The position numbers and the translations under genes were made by a program. Below, piece by piece: positions 39,478-48,535 of a DNA stretch of 64,000 nucleotides. This DNA comes from Salinispira sp. (GTDB lineage Bacteria; Spirochaetota; Spirochaetia; DSM-27196; Salinispiraceae). Numbering within the stretch: the stretch's first letter is position 1; each line of letters starts with the position of its first letter. The notes beneath the pieces are model-generated. The model was not told the DNA's origin, searched no databases, and saw nothing but the letters and a program-made list of their open reading frames with translations. The stretch covers positions 2,752,001 through 2,816,000 of the forward strand of contig OZ271918.1 of assembly GCA_965602015.1 (NCBI GenBank), written 5' to 3'.

Positions 39478-40339
39478 CGGTTTTCCCTCCGGGTTTCCGG
39501 GCAGCACACACAAAGCGCCGCTGCCCCTGAAGCCCATGTTCCAATGCGCCCCTTCGAATTCCTTCAAGTTCATCATCGAGCCGACGGCGCAGCTGCGGGG
39601 AAACGTCCAGGCCGAGTTTTGGGTCATCAATGGTGGAAAGGTACCCGGTAAAAAACTCCAGAGCTTTTTCCACGGCCCCGTCCTTCCTGCCGGGGAGAAC
39701 CGGAGCAGCCTGGCTCTCAATGAACCGCTGAGCAAGGCTTTCGTAGCCTCGGGACGTCATCCAGGACCCGATAAAATTCTCAAGCCAGGCCGCGGAAATG
39801 CTGTAAGAGTGGGAAATCCCGTGAAGGCTGTCGATTTGTGCCTTGAAATTATGCAATGCGACGCGCAGTTCCCGGGCCGGCGGATTGCGGCGGTCGACGA
39901 TGTACTCCGAGATAATCATAACTCCCCCGGGAGCGAGGAGCCGGTCAGCATTGTCGAAGTGGGCCTCTATAGCGGAGTGAAGCCCGGCGTCGGGCTGATG
40001 GGAAAAATTTCCTCCGGACAGGTGATGAAGCATATCCTGGAAGCTAACGGTGGTAAAATTATCCCGGGGAAGGCCGGGCGAAAGACTTGAGCCGGTAAAC
40101 AGATAATAGGGGATTTGGGGACCGGCTTTGGTAAAATACCGCTTCGCCTCGGAGACAGCATCCTCATCAGGATCTAACCCCCACACCTCCCGGGCGTCGG
40201 AAATGTTCAACAGCTCGTCGATAAATGATCCGTCGCCGCAGCCGAGGTCAAGCAGGGCACCGAGGTTCCGGCCCTCAAGAACCGATCGCAGGGTTTCTTC
40301 CAGGGGATCCGCCGGGGCCGGTCCCGGGCCGATGGTCAC
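39470..40339 (-). CDS. Class I SAM-dependent methyltransferase
   Basis: 'LLDLGCGDG', 'GLD', 'LHHL', 'LLAPGG'. Confidence 0.82.
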   Translation of the reverse strand: MTIGPGPAPADPLEETLRSVLEGRNLGALLDLGCGDGSFIDELLNISDAREVWGLDPDEDAVSEAKRYFTKAGPQIPYYLFTGSSLSPGLPRDNFTTVSFQDMLHHLSGGNFSHQPDAGLHSAIEAHFDNADRLLAPGGVMIISEYIVDRRNPPARELRVALHNFKAQIDSLHGISHSYSISAAWLENFIGSWMTSRGYESLAQRFIESQAAPVLPGRKDGAVEKALEFFTGYLSTIDDPKLGLDVSPQLRRRLDDELEGIRRGALEHGLQGQRRFVCAARKPGGKTGV

Positions 40340-41424
40340 CGAAGAACCCCCTGGAAAATATTTTCGGCCTCAGCCGGACTGTCCAGATGGTCCGCGGGCG
40401 CCGCGTCCAATCCCCTATTCAGAAACTCGTCGACGCTCATCGCCGCGGGCTTAGGTCCCGAAAGGGCCTGTTTCCACCTGCGGGCACCGGGAAGAGAAGC
40501 GAAGAGCTCAAGCACCGGCCAGATCAGGCTGCGGAAGTTGAGCCCGGGACCTTCAGGGTCGCTCCAGCGGCGTATGTAATCGAAATAGGCTTCGATGACC
40601 TGGCGCCGGGTGGGAGCAAGAAGCTCGGCTTCGGTCGAAGGACTGCCATTCCAGCTGCGCTCGGCGTAGTATCGGCGGTCCATCAGTGCGAACATCCAGG
40701 GACGCTCATAGCTCAAGCGTCCTATCATCACCCCGTTGATGTGACGCAGGTGTTCATCGATTTGCTCATAGGTTTTAATGCCGCCGTTGATTTCGACGTG
40801 GAGACCCGGGTATTCCCGTTTGAGCCGGTACACATCTTCATAGCGGAGGGGCGGAACCGTGCGGTTCTCCTTGGGGCTCAGCCCTTCGAGGATGGCGATC
40901 CGGGCATGAACCGAGTAGCGCATCGCCGGGCCGTCCTTGATGCGCTCGATAAAGTCAACCATGTCCCGGTAATCGCTCAAATCGATGTTTCTGGTCCGGC
41001 TCTCGATGCCGATCCGGTGTTTTACCGTTACCGGTTTGCTTCCCGCCCGGTCCATGGCCTCAAGCAGCTCAGCGACCCGGGGGCCGTCGGCCATGAGGCA
41101 GGCGCCGAAATTCTTATTCTGGACCCGGTCGCTGGGACAGCCCACGTTCAGATTGTATTCGTCATAACCCCAGTCTTCGGCGATGCGAATGGCCTCGGCC
41201 ATTTCATCGGGATCGTCGCCGCCGAGCTGGAGGGCCAGGGGCCGTTCAATGGGGTCGAAATCGAGGAGACGGCTGCGGTCGCCGTGTATAATCGCCGACG
41301 GAGTGATCATTTCGGTGTACAGCAGGGTCTGCCTGGTCATCTGGCGGAGAAACCAGCGGAAATGCCGATGGGTTTTATCGATCATCGGCGCTACCGAGAG
41401 CGGAGCGTGCACAAGGGTTTTCAT
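40336..41424 (-). CDS. dusA: tRNA-dihydrouridine(20/20a) synthase DusA
   Basis: 'SVAPMID.T.RHFR', 'NLNVGCPSDRVQ', 'VHARIAIL.GLSPKENR.VPPL.Y'. Confidence 0.93.
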   Translation of the reverse strand: MKTLVHAPLSVAPMIDKTHRHFRWFLRQMTRQTLLYTEMITPSAIIHGDRSRLLDFDPIERPLALQLGGDDPDEMAEAIRIAEDWGYDEYNLNVGCPSDRVQNKNFGACLMADGPRVAELLEAMDRAGSKPVTVKHRIGIESRTRNIDLSDYRDMVDFIERIKDGPAMRYSVHARIAILEGLSPKENRTVPPLRYEDVYRLKREYPGLHVEINGGIKTYEQIDEHLRHINGVMIGRLSYERPWMFALMDRRYYAERSWNGSPSTEAELLAPTRRQVIEAYFDYIRRWSDPEGPGLNFRSLIWPVLELFASLPGARRWKQALSGPKPAAMSVDEFLNRGLDAAPADHLDSPAEAENIFQGVLR

Positions 41425-42836
41425 AAAACCGCCGCCCCTGCGCCGTCCTGGCTGCTGGCGGTCTGATCACTCGCGGACTGGCCGCTGCCGGTCTGGCCGC
41501 TGTCCCCGGTCCCGCCGCCGGTCTGGCCACTGCCGGTCTGGCCACTGTCCCCGGTCCCGCCGCTGGACCCGGTCGCGCCGCTGGCCTGGTCCCCGGTCCC
41601 GCCGCCAGTCTGGTTGCCGCCGTCCTGGCTGCCGGCGGCTTCATCGCCGGGTGTGCCGGCCGAAGCTCCGGCAGGGAGGGTCGATTCATCGGGAAGGGCT
41701 TTTTCTATTTTGCCGCTTCCGATGCACTCGTCATCAAGGTAAAAAACGGCAAATTGGCCGGGGGCAAGTCCCTTGTCGCCTTCTTCCATGGCAACCGCCA
41801 GGCGAAAGTCGCCGTTTTTCCGGACTGCCCTGGGCAGGGATGCCAGGGCCAGGTCCGTGCTCTCGGCTGGCCGGACAACGCAGGCATCCATCCGGGGCCC
41901 GTGCCGCAGTTTGAGGCTGAAGCGGCGCCCCTCGGGGGGCGTGCCGCCGGCAATCCAGTCCGGCCTGACCGAAGAGATCCAGGTAAGCTCAGCGCAGAGA
42001 AAGCGCTTATGAAAGGCATCGCGGATGTCGTCGGCATGGGAGACAAAGACGATGTTATTATCCGGATCCTTGTCGCTGACGTACCAGGGGCCGTTGCCCA
42101 GCCCCAGCCCGCTTCGCTGTCCGATGGTGTGAAACCAAAAGCCCTTGTGGCGCCCCAGCTCTTCCCCGGTTTCCCGGCGGATTATCGGGCCGTCTTTTTC
42201 ACCGAGGTAATGCCGGACAAAATCCGGATACTTTATTTTACCCAGGAAGCAGATGCCCTGGCTGTCTTTGCGGTCCTTGTTCGGCAGGTTGAGCTCGTTC
42301 GCCAGGAGGCGGACTTCGGTTTTTTGCATGTTTCCCAGGGGAAACCACAGGCGGGAAACCTGTTCCTGGCTGAGGTGCGACAGGAAGTAGCTTTGATCCT
42401 TAACGGGGTCCGGGGCCTGGAAAAGATGGTGCTTGCCGTCCTCCCCCAACTCCACCCGGGCGTAGTGTCCGGTCACGACCCGGTCGTAGTGCTCATCGAC
42501 CGAATCAAAGAATGCTCCGAATTTTATCCGCTGATTACAGAAAATATCCGGGCTGGGTGTCCGGCCGCGTTCGAGTTCGGCCAGGGCGTAGGACACGACC
42601 TTGTCGTAGTATTCGAGCTGCAGAGGCAGGATCCGCAGTTCAACACCGGCCTGCTGACAGACCGCCCGGGCATAGGACAGATCTTCCTCCCAGGGGCATT
42701 CGCCCAGGAAGCTGACGTCGTCTTCTAGCCAGATTTTGAGATAGTATGCCGTTACCTGATGGTTCCCGGAGCGCAGCACCTGATGGAGAGCCACCGAGCT
42801 GTCTACACCGCCGGACAGAAGTACCGCGATTTTCAT
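41421..42836 (-). CDS. mnmA: tRNA 2-thiouridylase MnmA with a low-complexity C-terminal tail
   Basis: 'LSGGVDS', 'TPSPDIFCN', 'TGHYA', 'KDQSYFL', 'DSQGICF', 'TIGQR.GL', 'APGQ'. Confidence 0.94.
   Translation of the reverse strand: MKIAVLLSGGVDSSVALHQVLRSGNHQVTAYYLKIWLEDDVSFLGECPWEEDLSYARAVCQQAGVELRILPLQLEYYDKVVSYALAELERGRTPSPDIFCNQRIKFGAFFDSVDEHYDRVVTGHYARVELGEDGKHHLFQAPDPVKDQSYFLSHLSQEQVSRLWFPLGNMQKTEVRLLANELNLPNKDRKDSQGICFLGKIKYPDFVRHYLGEKDGPIIRRETGEELGRHKGFWFHTIGQRSGLGLGNGPWYVSDKDPDNNIVFVSHADDIRDAFHKRFLCAELTWISSVRPDWIAGGTPPEGRRFSLKLRHGPRMDACVVRPAESTDLALASLPRAVRKNGDFRLAVAMEEGDKGLAPGQFAVFYLDDECIGSGKIEKALPDESTLPAGASAGTPGDEAAGSQDGGNQTGGGTGDQASGATGSSGGTGDSGQTGSGQTGGGTGDSGQTGSGQSASDQTASSQDGAGAAVL
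41446..41650. repeat. 15-bp degenerate tandem repeats encoding the G/S/T/Q/D tail of MnmA
   Basis: Repeated GCCGGTCTGGCCRCT and GTCCCCGGTCCCGCC units (SGQTG, GGTGD). Confidence 0.8.
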
Positions 42837-42870
42837 AGGGAAGTATTTATGACAGAAAGACTTATATTGT

Positions 42871-43446
42871 TCAAGGTCCGGATGCGCCGCTACCCCTGAG
42901 GTTTCCGACGATGACAAAATCGTTTGATGCGGCGCCGGCGTGACAGGTAATGCATCCCATGAGGCTGCCCTCGGCAATGACCTCGCCGTCCTGGCTGTAC
43001 ACTGCCCAGAACCAGTCGCCGTTTTCCGGATCATAACCAGGCACCTTTGCCATGACCGTGAGGTTTCCCGGCCGCTCGTCTATATCGTAATTATCCTTGA
43101 CGATGATGGTTCCCGCAGGAGCCCGGCCGTCGCCGACGGGAATTGAGGACAGAAGCGCGTCATTCACAAAAATTCGGTGGAAAGCCCCGTGGGGGCTTTG
43201 GCCCAGGCGGAGCCCGTCGTGCTCCGGCCAATAATCATAGCGCCGGAAATCGGTCTCCTGGGTCATCCGCTCCCACAACCGGGCGGCGCTGATTTCCGAG
43301 GCGCTCAGGGGCGGCAGTTCCGGCTCCTGGTATTCGGCGCAGCCGGCCGCAAGGAGGAGCGCCGCCGCTATAACAGCAACCAGCGCCCTGGCTCGCGCTT
43401 TTTTATTTGCATGCGGCGTTTTTCGCCGAATATGCATTGTGTTCAT
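42871..43446 (-). CDS. Cytochrome P460-family c-type heme lipoprotein
   Basis: Lipobox 'AAGC'; 'GTIIVKDNY', 'TVMAK..GYDPENGDWFWA', C-terminal 'CITCH'. Confidence 0.78.
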   Translation of the reverse strand: MNTMHIRRKTPHANKKARARALVAVIAAALLLAAGCAEYQEPELPPLSASEISAARLWERMTQETDFRRYDYWPEHDGLRLGQSPHGAFHRIFVNDALLSSIPVGDGRAPAGTIIVKDNYDIDERPGNLTVMAKVPGYDPENGDWFWAVYSQDGEVIAEGSLMGCITCHAGAASNDFVIVGNLRGSGASGP

Positions 43447-45689
43447 TATTCTTCTCCCTGCCGGATCTCCGGCGACCGGGCAAATGTAATGGTGAAATGG
43501 GTTCCCCTGCCTTCTTCGGTCCACACGCTGATGCGGCCGCCCAGGGCGGCGACTCCGTCCTGCACCGCGTCGAGGCCGACGCCCCGGCCCGAAAGATCAT
43601 CGGCGGTTTCCCGGGTAGAGAATCCGCTGCTGAACAGCAGGCGGGTCAGCTGGGCGTTATCCGGATTATCACCCTCGGCAATCAAGCCGGCCTTAACGGC
43701 TCGCCGTCGCACTGCAGAGAAATCAATTCCTCCGCCGTCATCGGCGACGATAATCTTGTAGCTGCCGTCGGCCTTTCCGTTGAAGAGGAACTCCAGGGTT
43801 CCGTGTTCGCTCTTGCCGGCGCTTATCCTTTCGAAACGTTCCTCGATACCGTGATCCACCGCATTGCGGACCAGGTGAATCAGCAGGGGCCTGAGCTGCC
43901 GAAACGCCGGAAAATCCCTGAGGTTGCTCCTAAAAGAGGTCTTGATTACCTTTTCCCGCTCGTCCGCCAGCTCGGCGACCATCCGGTCCACCGCCCGGCG
44001 AAACTCAGCCAGGTTGCCACCTCCGGGAGACGAAGCCGGGCTCCCGGCGCCGGTCTGTCCGCCTGCCCGGGAAAAATCCATAAAACGGGACTGAATGTCT
44101 TCAATGCCCCGGATATCGGTCTTCAGGCGTTCAAGTTCCCGCGGGAAGGTCTTCTCTCCATCCCCGCCGCCGGTAAGCGCGGGCAGCGAGTCCTCCAGGG
44201 CGTGAATGCTGTCTCCGATGGCCGCAAAATTCAGATAACGCGCCGTGCCCTTGAGGCTGTGAAGGTCCCGGGAAAGGGAGTTCATATCCGGTTTGCCCCC
44301 ATCGGCGAGCTGCTCCAGCCGTCCGATCAGGTCCTTGGCATCCTCGCTGAACTCGGCAAAGGAACGCGGACCAATGCGCAGCACCGCCGCGATCTGCTCG
44401 AGCTCGGCGTCGCTTCGCTTGCGCTCCCGTTCGAGTTCTTCCTGGACTTCGACGATTCCCGTCCGGTCGGTAAAAATAACCATAACGTTCTCCACCGATT
44501 CCCCGTCCATAATGCGGTAGAACGCCGCGTCGATGACTATCCTCTTTTCTCCGCCCTGATGGTCGGGAACCATGAGCGCCATGTCCTGCAGCGGATTGAT
44601 AGACATTATCATGTCCATTTCAGTGCTCAGGCTCTCAAAAATGACATCGATGAATTCCCGCAATTCCTGACGGGCCTGGGAGTCATCGGATTTATCGGGA
44701 TATACGAACTCATCGAGAAAACGGCCGGCCACTTCTTCGGTACCAAAAAGCCGGGTTATGTATGCCGAATACTGGGAGCTGATTTTCCGGTCCGGCCCGA
44801 TGAGCAGGAGGCCTTCACCGATGTTATCAAGATATTTCTGGTTTTCCTGGTTACGGGCATCGATTACCTGGTTCTCCAGCTCCAGACGGTCCCGGTCCTT
44901 GAGACCGGAAATCATGGTATTGATCTGACCGGCCAGCAGTCCGAACTCGTCCTGGGTGCGGATATCTGCGGCGACGTCCAAATTCCCCTGCCCCACTGTC
45001 TGAACCACGGCGCCGATGCTTCGCACCGGAGAAATTACCACCCGGCGCATAAGACCAAAGAGCACCATGGCAATGACCGCGCCGGTTCCCAGAAAAAACA
45101 GTATGAGGATGTTCCGTCCCCGGTCGATCTGGGTGAACACCCGGTCCAGACTGATGCTGTAATACGCTACCCCTCGCACCAGGTGATCATCGCCGTGGCA
45201 TACCCGACAGTCGGCGGTATTAATAATGGGAAAAAAGAACTCGAGGCGCCGGTCTTCGATGCTCTCCACAACCTGTGGGGTAGAGCTGTTGACCGAACGC
45301 TGGAATGCGGCCTGGCTGACCGGCACGTCCTCCTGCCTGGGCGTTTCATCGAACATCATGAAGTTCTGAAACTCATTCACGAAATCAAGGGTTTCGAAAT
45401 CGCTGAAGGCGACGCTGCCGTCCCTTCGGTAAATCTGCAGCTGATCGACCCCGGGCACCTGCTGCAGATCCTCAATTGTGGATACCGCAAGTGGAGCCTC
45501 GCCGTCCAGCATGATATTGCGGATGACCGCATTGAGAATTTCGTTGGTGATCCGCACGTCCCGCTGGCTGACGTCCAGCAATGCGGTCCGCTGGTTGGCC
45601 ACCGAAATGACAATGGAAAGACTGACGGAAAGCAGCAAGACAGCGACGATTCCCGCAAGGATTTTTAATTGGATCGATACCCTGTTCAT
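43446..45689 (-). CDS. Membrane sensor kinase: periplasmic CxxCH domain, HAMP, PAS-like, Hpt and CheA-type ATPase
   Basis: Two TM helices flank 'CRVCH'; HAMP 'DEFGLLA'; Hpt 'RDLHSLKG'; 'HLVRNAVDHGIE', 'DDGGGID', 'GFST...SGRGVGLD'; no CheW domain. Confidence 0.88.
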   Translation of the reverse strand: MNRVSIQLKILAGIVAVLLLSVSLSIVISVANQRTALLDVSQRDVRITNEILNAVIRNIMLDGEAPLAVSTIEDLQQVPGVDQLQIYRRDGSVAFSDFETLDFVNEFQNFMMFDETPRQEDVPVSQAAFQRSVNSSTPQVVESIEDRRLEFFFPIINTADCRVCHGDDHLVRGVAYYSISLDRVFTQIDRGRNILILFFLGTGAVIAMVLFGLMRRVVISPVRSIGAVVQTVGQGNLDVAADIRTQDEFGLLAGQINTMISGLKDRDRLELENQVIDARNQENQKYLDNIGEGLLLIGPDRKISSQYSAYITRLFGTEEVAGRFLDEFVYPDKSDDSQARQELREFIDVIFESLSTEMDMIMSINPLQDMALMVPDHQGGEKRIVIDAAFYRIMDGESVENVMVIFTDRTGIVEVQEELERERKRSDAELEQIAAVLRIGPRSFAEFSEDAKDLIGRLEQLADGGKPDMNSLSRDLHSLKGTARYLNFAAIGDSIHALEDSLPALTGGGDGEKTFPRELERLKTDIRGIEDIQSRFMDFSRAGGQTGAGSPASSPGGGNLAEFRRAVDRMVAELADEREKVIKTSFRSNLRDFPAFRQLRPLLIHLVRNAVDHGIEERFERISAGKSEHGTLEFLFNGKADGSYKIIVADDGGGIDFSAVRRRAVKAGLIAEGDNPDNAQLTRLLFSSGFSTRETADDLSGRGVGLDAVQDGVAALGGRISVWTEEGRGTHFTITFARSPEIRQGEE

Positions 45690-45697
45690 AAACCGGC

Positions 45698-46165
45698 CTA
45701 CGCGATGTCACGCAGGGACACGTTAACCGAAAACTTGCCAATGTCGCTTTCGAAGGGGATAACGATGACCGGGATTCCTTCTGGCCAGTGGATTTTGTAT
45801 TCCTTGCCGGTGACCACCCCCGGGAGGGATATTTCGATGCGAAATTCCGTGAGACCCTGTTTGGCGTTGCCGGCTATGATATTGATCATTTCGCCCACGC
45901 CGTCTATCACTTCATTGCTCAATGCCCGGTACTGCCGCTGCTCCATTTTGGATACCGCTTCGATTGAGGTTTCCCGGCTGAAACTGAGAACTACCGCCCC
46001 CTTTGTTTCACCGGCGAGTCCGATAATGCCCGAAACTTCCAGGAGATTGCTGTCATCGGTCTTGAGGAATGGCGCCCCGGGAACCACCGGTACCCCGAGA
46101 AACTCGGTGAACAGATTATGCGTGGCTTGAATAAACGGGTTGATGTATTTGGCTTTCAAAGGCAA
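45698..46165 (-). CDS. cheX: Chemotaxis phosphatase CheX
   Basis: 'YINPFI', 'VSGIIGLAG', 'GEMINIIAG', 'ISLP.VV.G'. Confidence 0.92.
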   Translation of the reverse strand: MPLKAKYINPFIQATHNLFTEFLGVPVVPGAPFLKTDDSNLLEVSGIIGLAGETKGAVVLSFSRETSIEAVSKMEQRQYRALSNEVIDGVGEMINIIAGNAKQGLTEFRIEISLPGVVTGKEYKIHWPEGIPVIVIPFESDIGKFSVNVSLRDIA

Positions 46166-46219
46166 ATCCTTTCTCTTCTCTGCCCGGGACTGGTGCCGGA
46201 GCAGGCTGGCCGGCGGGGA

Positions 46220-46588
46220 CTAGTGAACGTAGTCCTTGATTTTCTCCCACAGGGTGTTGCCCCGCACGGGTTTTACAACGTAGTTGGTGACGCCGGCCTT
46301 GATGGCCTCCATTACATTGTACTTCGCTGATTCGGATGTGATCATGATGATAGGCGTCTTGGCGTACTTGTCGGACGACCGCAGATGCTTGACGAAGCTC
46401 AGCCCGTCGAGCTTGGGCATGTTCCAGTCCACCAGGAAGAGGTCGAAGGTCTTGTCCTCCGCCAGCAGCAGGGCGCTCTTTCCATCCGGCGCCTCGGTGA
46501 TATCGTCCTCGCTGATGTGCTGCTCCAGGAGGGTGTTTTTATGAATGCGGCGCATGACGCCAGAATCGTCGACGATGAGGATTTTCAT
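46220..46588 (-). CDS. cheY: CheY-like single-domain response regulator
   Basis: 'LIVDDS', 'DWNMP', 'IIMIT', 'YVVKP'. Confidence 0.88.
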   Translation of the reverse strand: MKILIVDDSGVMRRIHKNTLLEQHISEDDITEAPDGKSALLLAEDKTFDLFLVDWNMPKLDGLSFVKHLRSSDKYAKTPIIMITSESAKYNVMEAIKAGVTNYVVKPVRGNTLWEKIKDYVH

Positions 46589-46674
46589 TGTTGTCTCCCG
46601 CTTAAGCTTAGCCATTTATCGTCTGGGCGTATAGGTAAATTAGCGGTATTCATGAGAATCAATGGCTATTGACC

Positions 46675-46705
46675 AAAAAAAGGCGCTCCCTCAAAGGGAG
46701 CGCCT
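46675..46705 (-). terminator. Rho-independent terminator after the OMP-like gene
   Basis: AGGCGCTCCCT/AGGGAGCGCCT stem with a T run on the minus strand. Confidence 0.85.
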
Positions 46706-46724
46706 CATTAGGGCAAGCGTCGAA

Positions 46725-48395
46725 TTACTCGAGTCCGACGATAAGTTGAACGTCCAGAGAATCAAACACAAAGAGGTTGGATCCGTTAAGCTGAAGATCT
46801 GCCCGAACACCTTCTCCTAAATCGAAGGTCAGGCCAAAGCTGTGCTGAAAATCAAATGCCCAAAAATGATCCACTTCCCTGGTGGTATTACCGCCGCCAA
46901 CGGTGGTCGTGGGAGTCGTACCCTGACTGACATCGTTGATGTCGAAGGTTTCGACGCTGGAAGCCGCATTGGTATCGTTGCTGACTACCTCACGAGTATA
47001 GCTCATGCTCGCATCGGCGCCCATGATGACTCCGAAAAACCAGCCTTCGGGTTCCACAACTGCGGCCATGGGGATGTTCGCAGCAATTGTCGTACTGACA
47101 GTGGAATCATCCGTAGCGACTTCGGTAAAAGTCGTAGTCTGGTAAGAGACGATGTTGTCATATGCCCCGTCGCCGGTAGTATCTGAAACAGATTTGATGG
47201 CGTTCTCGGTGAGGGTCAGGTTTGTCTCGGGAGTCACATCGAGAAAGAATCCAAGAGACGGCTCAATTCCCACAGTGAGGAATGATGCAGGGTTATAGTA
47301 GAAGCTGTGGCTGGCTCCCACGTTGAAATTCATATCGAGATTGCCGCGATAGGTGAGAGTCTGATCCACACTGGTGCCGCCGGCAACAAAGGTTCCTGCC
47401 GCTCGTCCACCCGCATAGTCATTTACCACTGTCACGTCGTCAATGACAAAATTACGGGAATGCATTGTGAAGCTCAAACCACCGCCGACTTTGAAATCGT
47501 TCATTTCGTGCTCTCCGAAGAGGGCAGGAAGGGTGAGAATGTAGTTGGGACTGATGTTGATTTCAGTCGTAACATCCTTCGTGGAGTCGGTTGAAAGGGC
47601 AAGGCCCGCTGTTGCAATTTCCGGCAGGGTTGTCAACGTCTCTTCGGTAGATGTCGAATTATTTAGCCTGTCGTAGGTGAGGTTAAAGGTTATGAGATGG
47701 GCTAAATCACCGGTTGTCAAAAACACCGGAACACCAAGGGTAATTACCGTCGCGGTACCGCCGGCGTCCCGTTCCTTGGTCTCCTGAACATAATCGGTTT
47801 GCTGTGACGGTGTATCAACCGCCGGGGCGGCGGCGCCGTTGTAATTCTGGGTGAATGTTTCATCGAAGTTGTTGGCTGCCGCAGCATTGTCATCGATAAA
47901 AATATCCAGGTAGGCACCTACGTTCAATCCGCCCAGACCAATGAGGAACTGTGCCTCGGTGCTGAAGGTATTGAATGCCTGTGCCTGAAAGTTGACCGCT
48001 GTATTGCTACCGACGTACTGACCGCCGCCGTCGTTTGCGAGGGTGTCGGTATCAGAACTGATATCTACCGCAGTAATGGTTGTGGCATTCATGGTGCCGA
48101 CTACGGACATGGGCTGCTCGCCGGGCAAATAGAGCCCGATAAACGGCAGATTGCCCCCGGGGCCGAAAGTGTTTGCCCGTAGATCGAGGTTTTCAAGACC
48201 GCCGAAGAAGTACTTCTTCTCCAGACCGCTGAATGACCCTCCATACAGGGTTTCATCAACATTGAGAGAGTAATCCAACTCGTTGCTGAAAATATCGAAC
48301 GTCAACCTTTCCAGCAGCGAACCAGTCACGTACTGGGCTGATAGCGATGCGCCTAAGAGGGCAAAAATCGCCAGAAATAATACAAGTCGCTTCAT
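46725..48395 (-). CDS. Exported acidic Thr-rich protein, probable outer-membrane beta-barrel
   Basis: Signal peptide after GGAGG RBS; alternating hydrophobic strands; own strong terminator. Confidence 0.6.
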   Translation of the reverse strand: MKRLVLFLAIFALLGASLSAQYVTGSLLERLTFDIFSNELDYSLNVDETLYGGSFSGLEKKYFFGGLENLDLRANTFGPGGNLPFIGLYLPGEQPMSVVGTMNATTITAVDISSDTDTLANDGGGQYVGSNTAVNFQAQAFNTFSTEAQFLIGLGGLNVGAYLDIFIDDNAAAANNFDETFTQNYNGAAAPAVDTPSQQTDYVQETKERDAGGTATVITLGVPVFLTTGDLAHLITFNLTYDRLNNSTSTEETLTTLPEIATAGLALSTDSTKDVTTEINISPNYILTLPALFGEHEMNDFKVGGGLSFTMHSRNFVIDDVTVVNDYAGGRAAGTFVAGGTSVDQTLTYRGNLDMNFNVGASHSFYYNPASFLTVGIEPSLGFFLDVTPETNLTLTENAIKSVSDTTGDGAYDNIVSYQTTTFTEVATDDSTVSTTIAANIPMAAVVEPEGWFFGVIMGADASMSYTREVVSNDTNAASSVETFDINDVSQGTTPTTTVGGGNTTREVDHFWAFDFQHSFGLTFDLGEGVRADLQLNGSNLFVFDSLDVQLIVGLE

Positions 48396-48535
48396 GTGTA
48401 CCTCCGTGGTTTTGTACTCACCTATCATTTTATATCCCAGTCTGAAAAAAACAAGGTCCGGTATCGCCTTTCCGGATTATTTAAAGCATTTGGAATAATT
48501 CTTGAAATTTCTTAATCCCGACCTATTCTCAAAGA

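Noticed and set aside
39478..39735. N-terminal extensions given by the ORF track for dus (and similarly mnmA, P460, ECH2, fabG, vorB, mtnN, tetR)
   Set aside because: They overlap upstream genes or lack an RBS; downstream starts with RBS or stop/start coupling fit better.
40225..42728. 413-aa, 243-aa and 324-aa + strand ORFs
   Set aside because: Antisense to dusA and mnmA, with no motifs of their own.
43407..45668. 753-aa ORF on the + strand
   Set aside because: Antisense shadow of the sensor kinase, which has all the recognisable motifs; common in GC-rich coding DNA.
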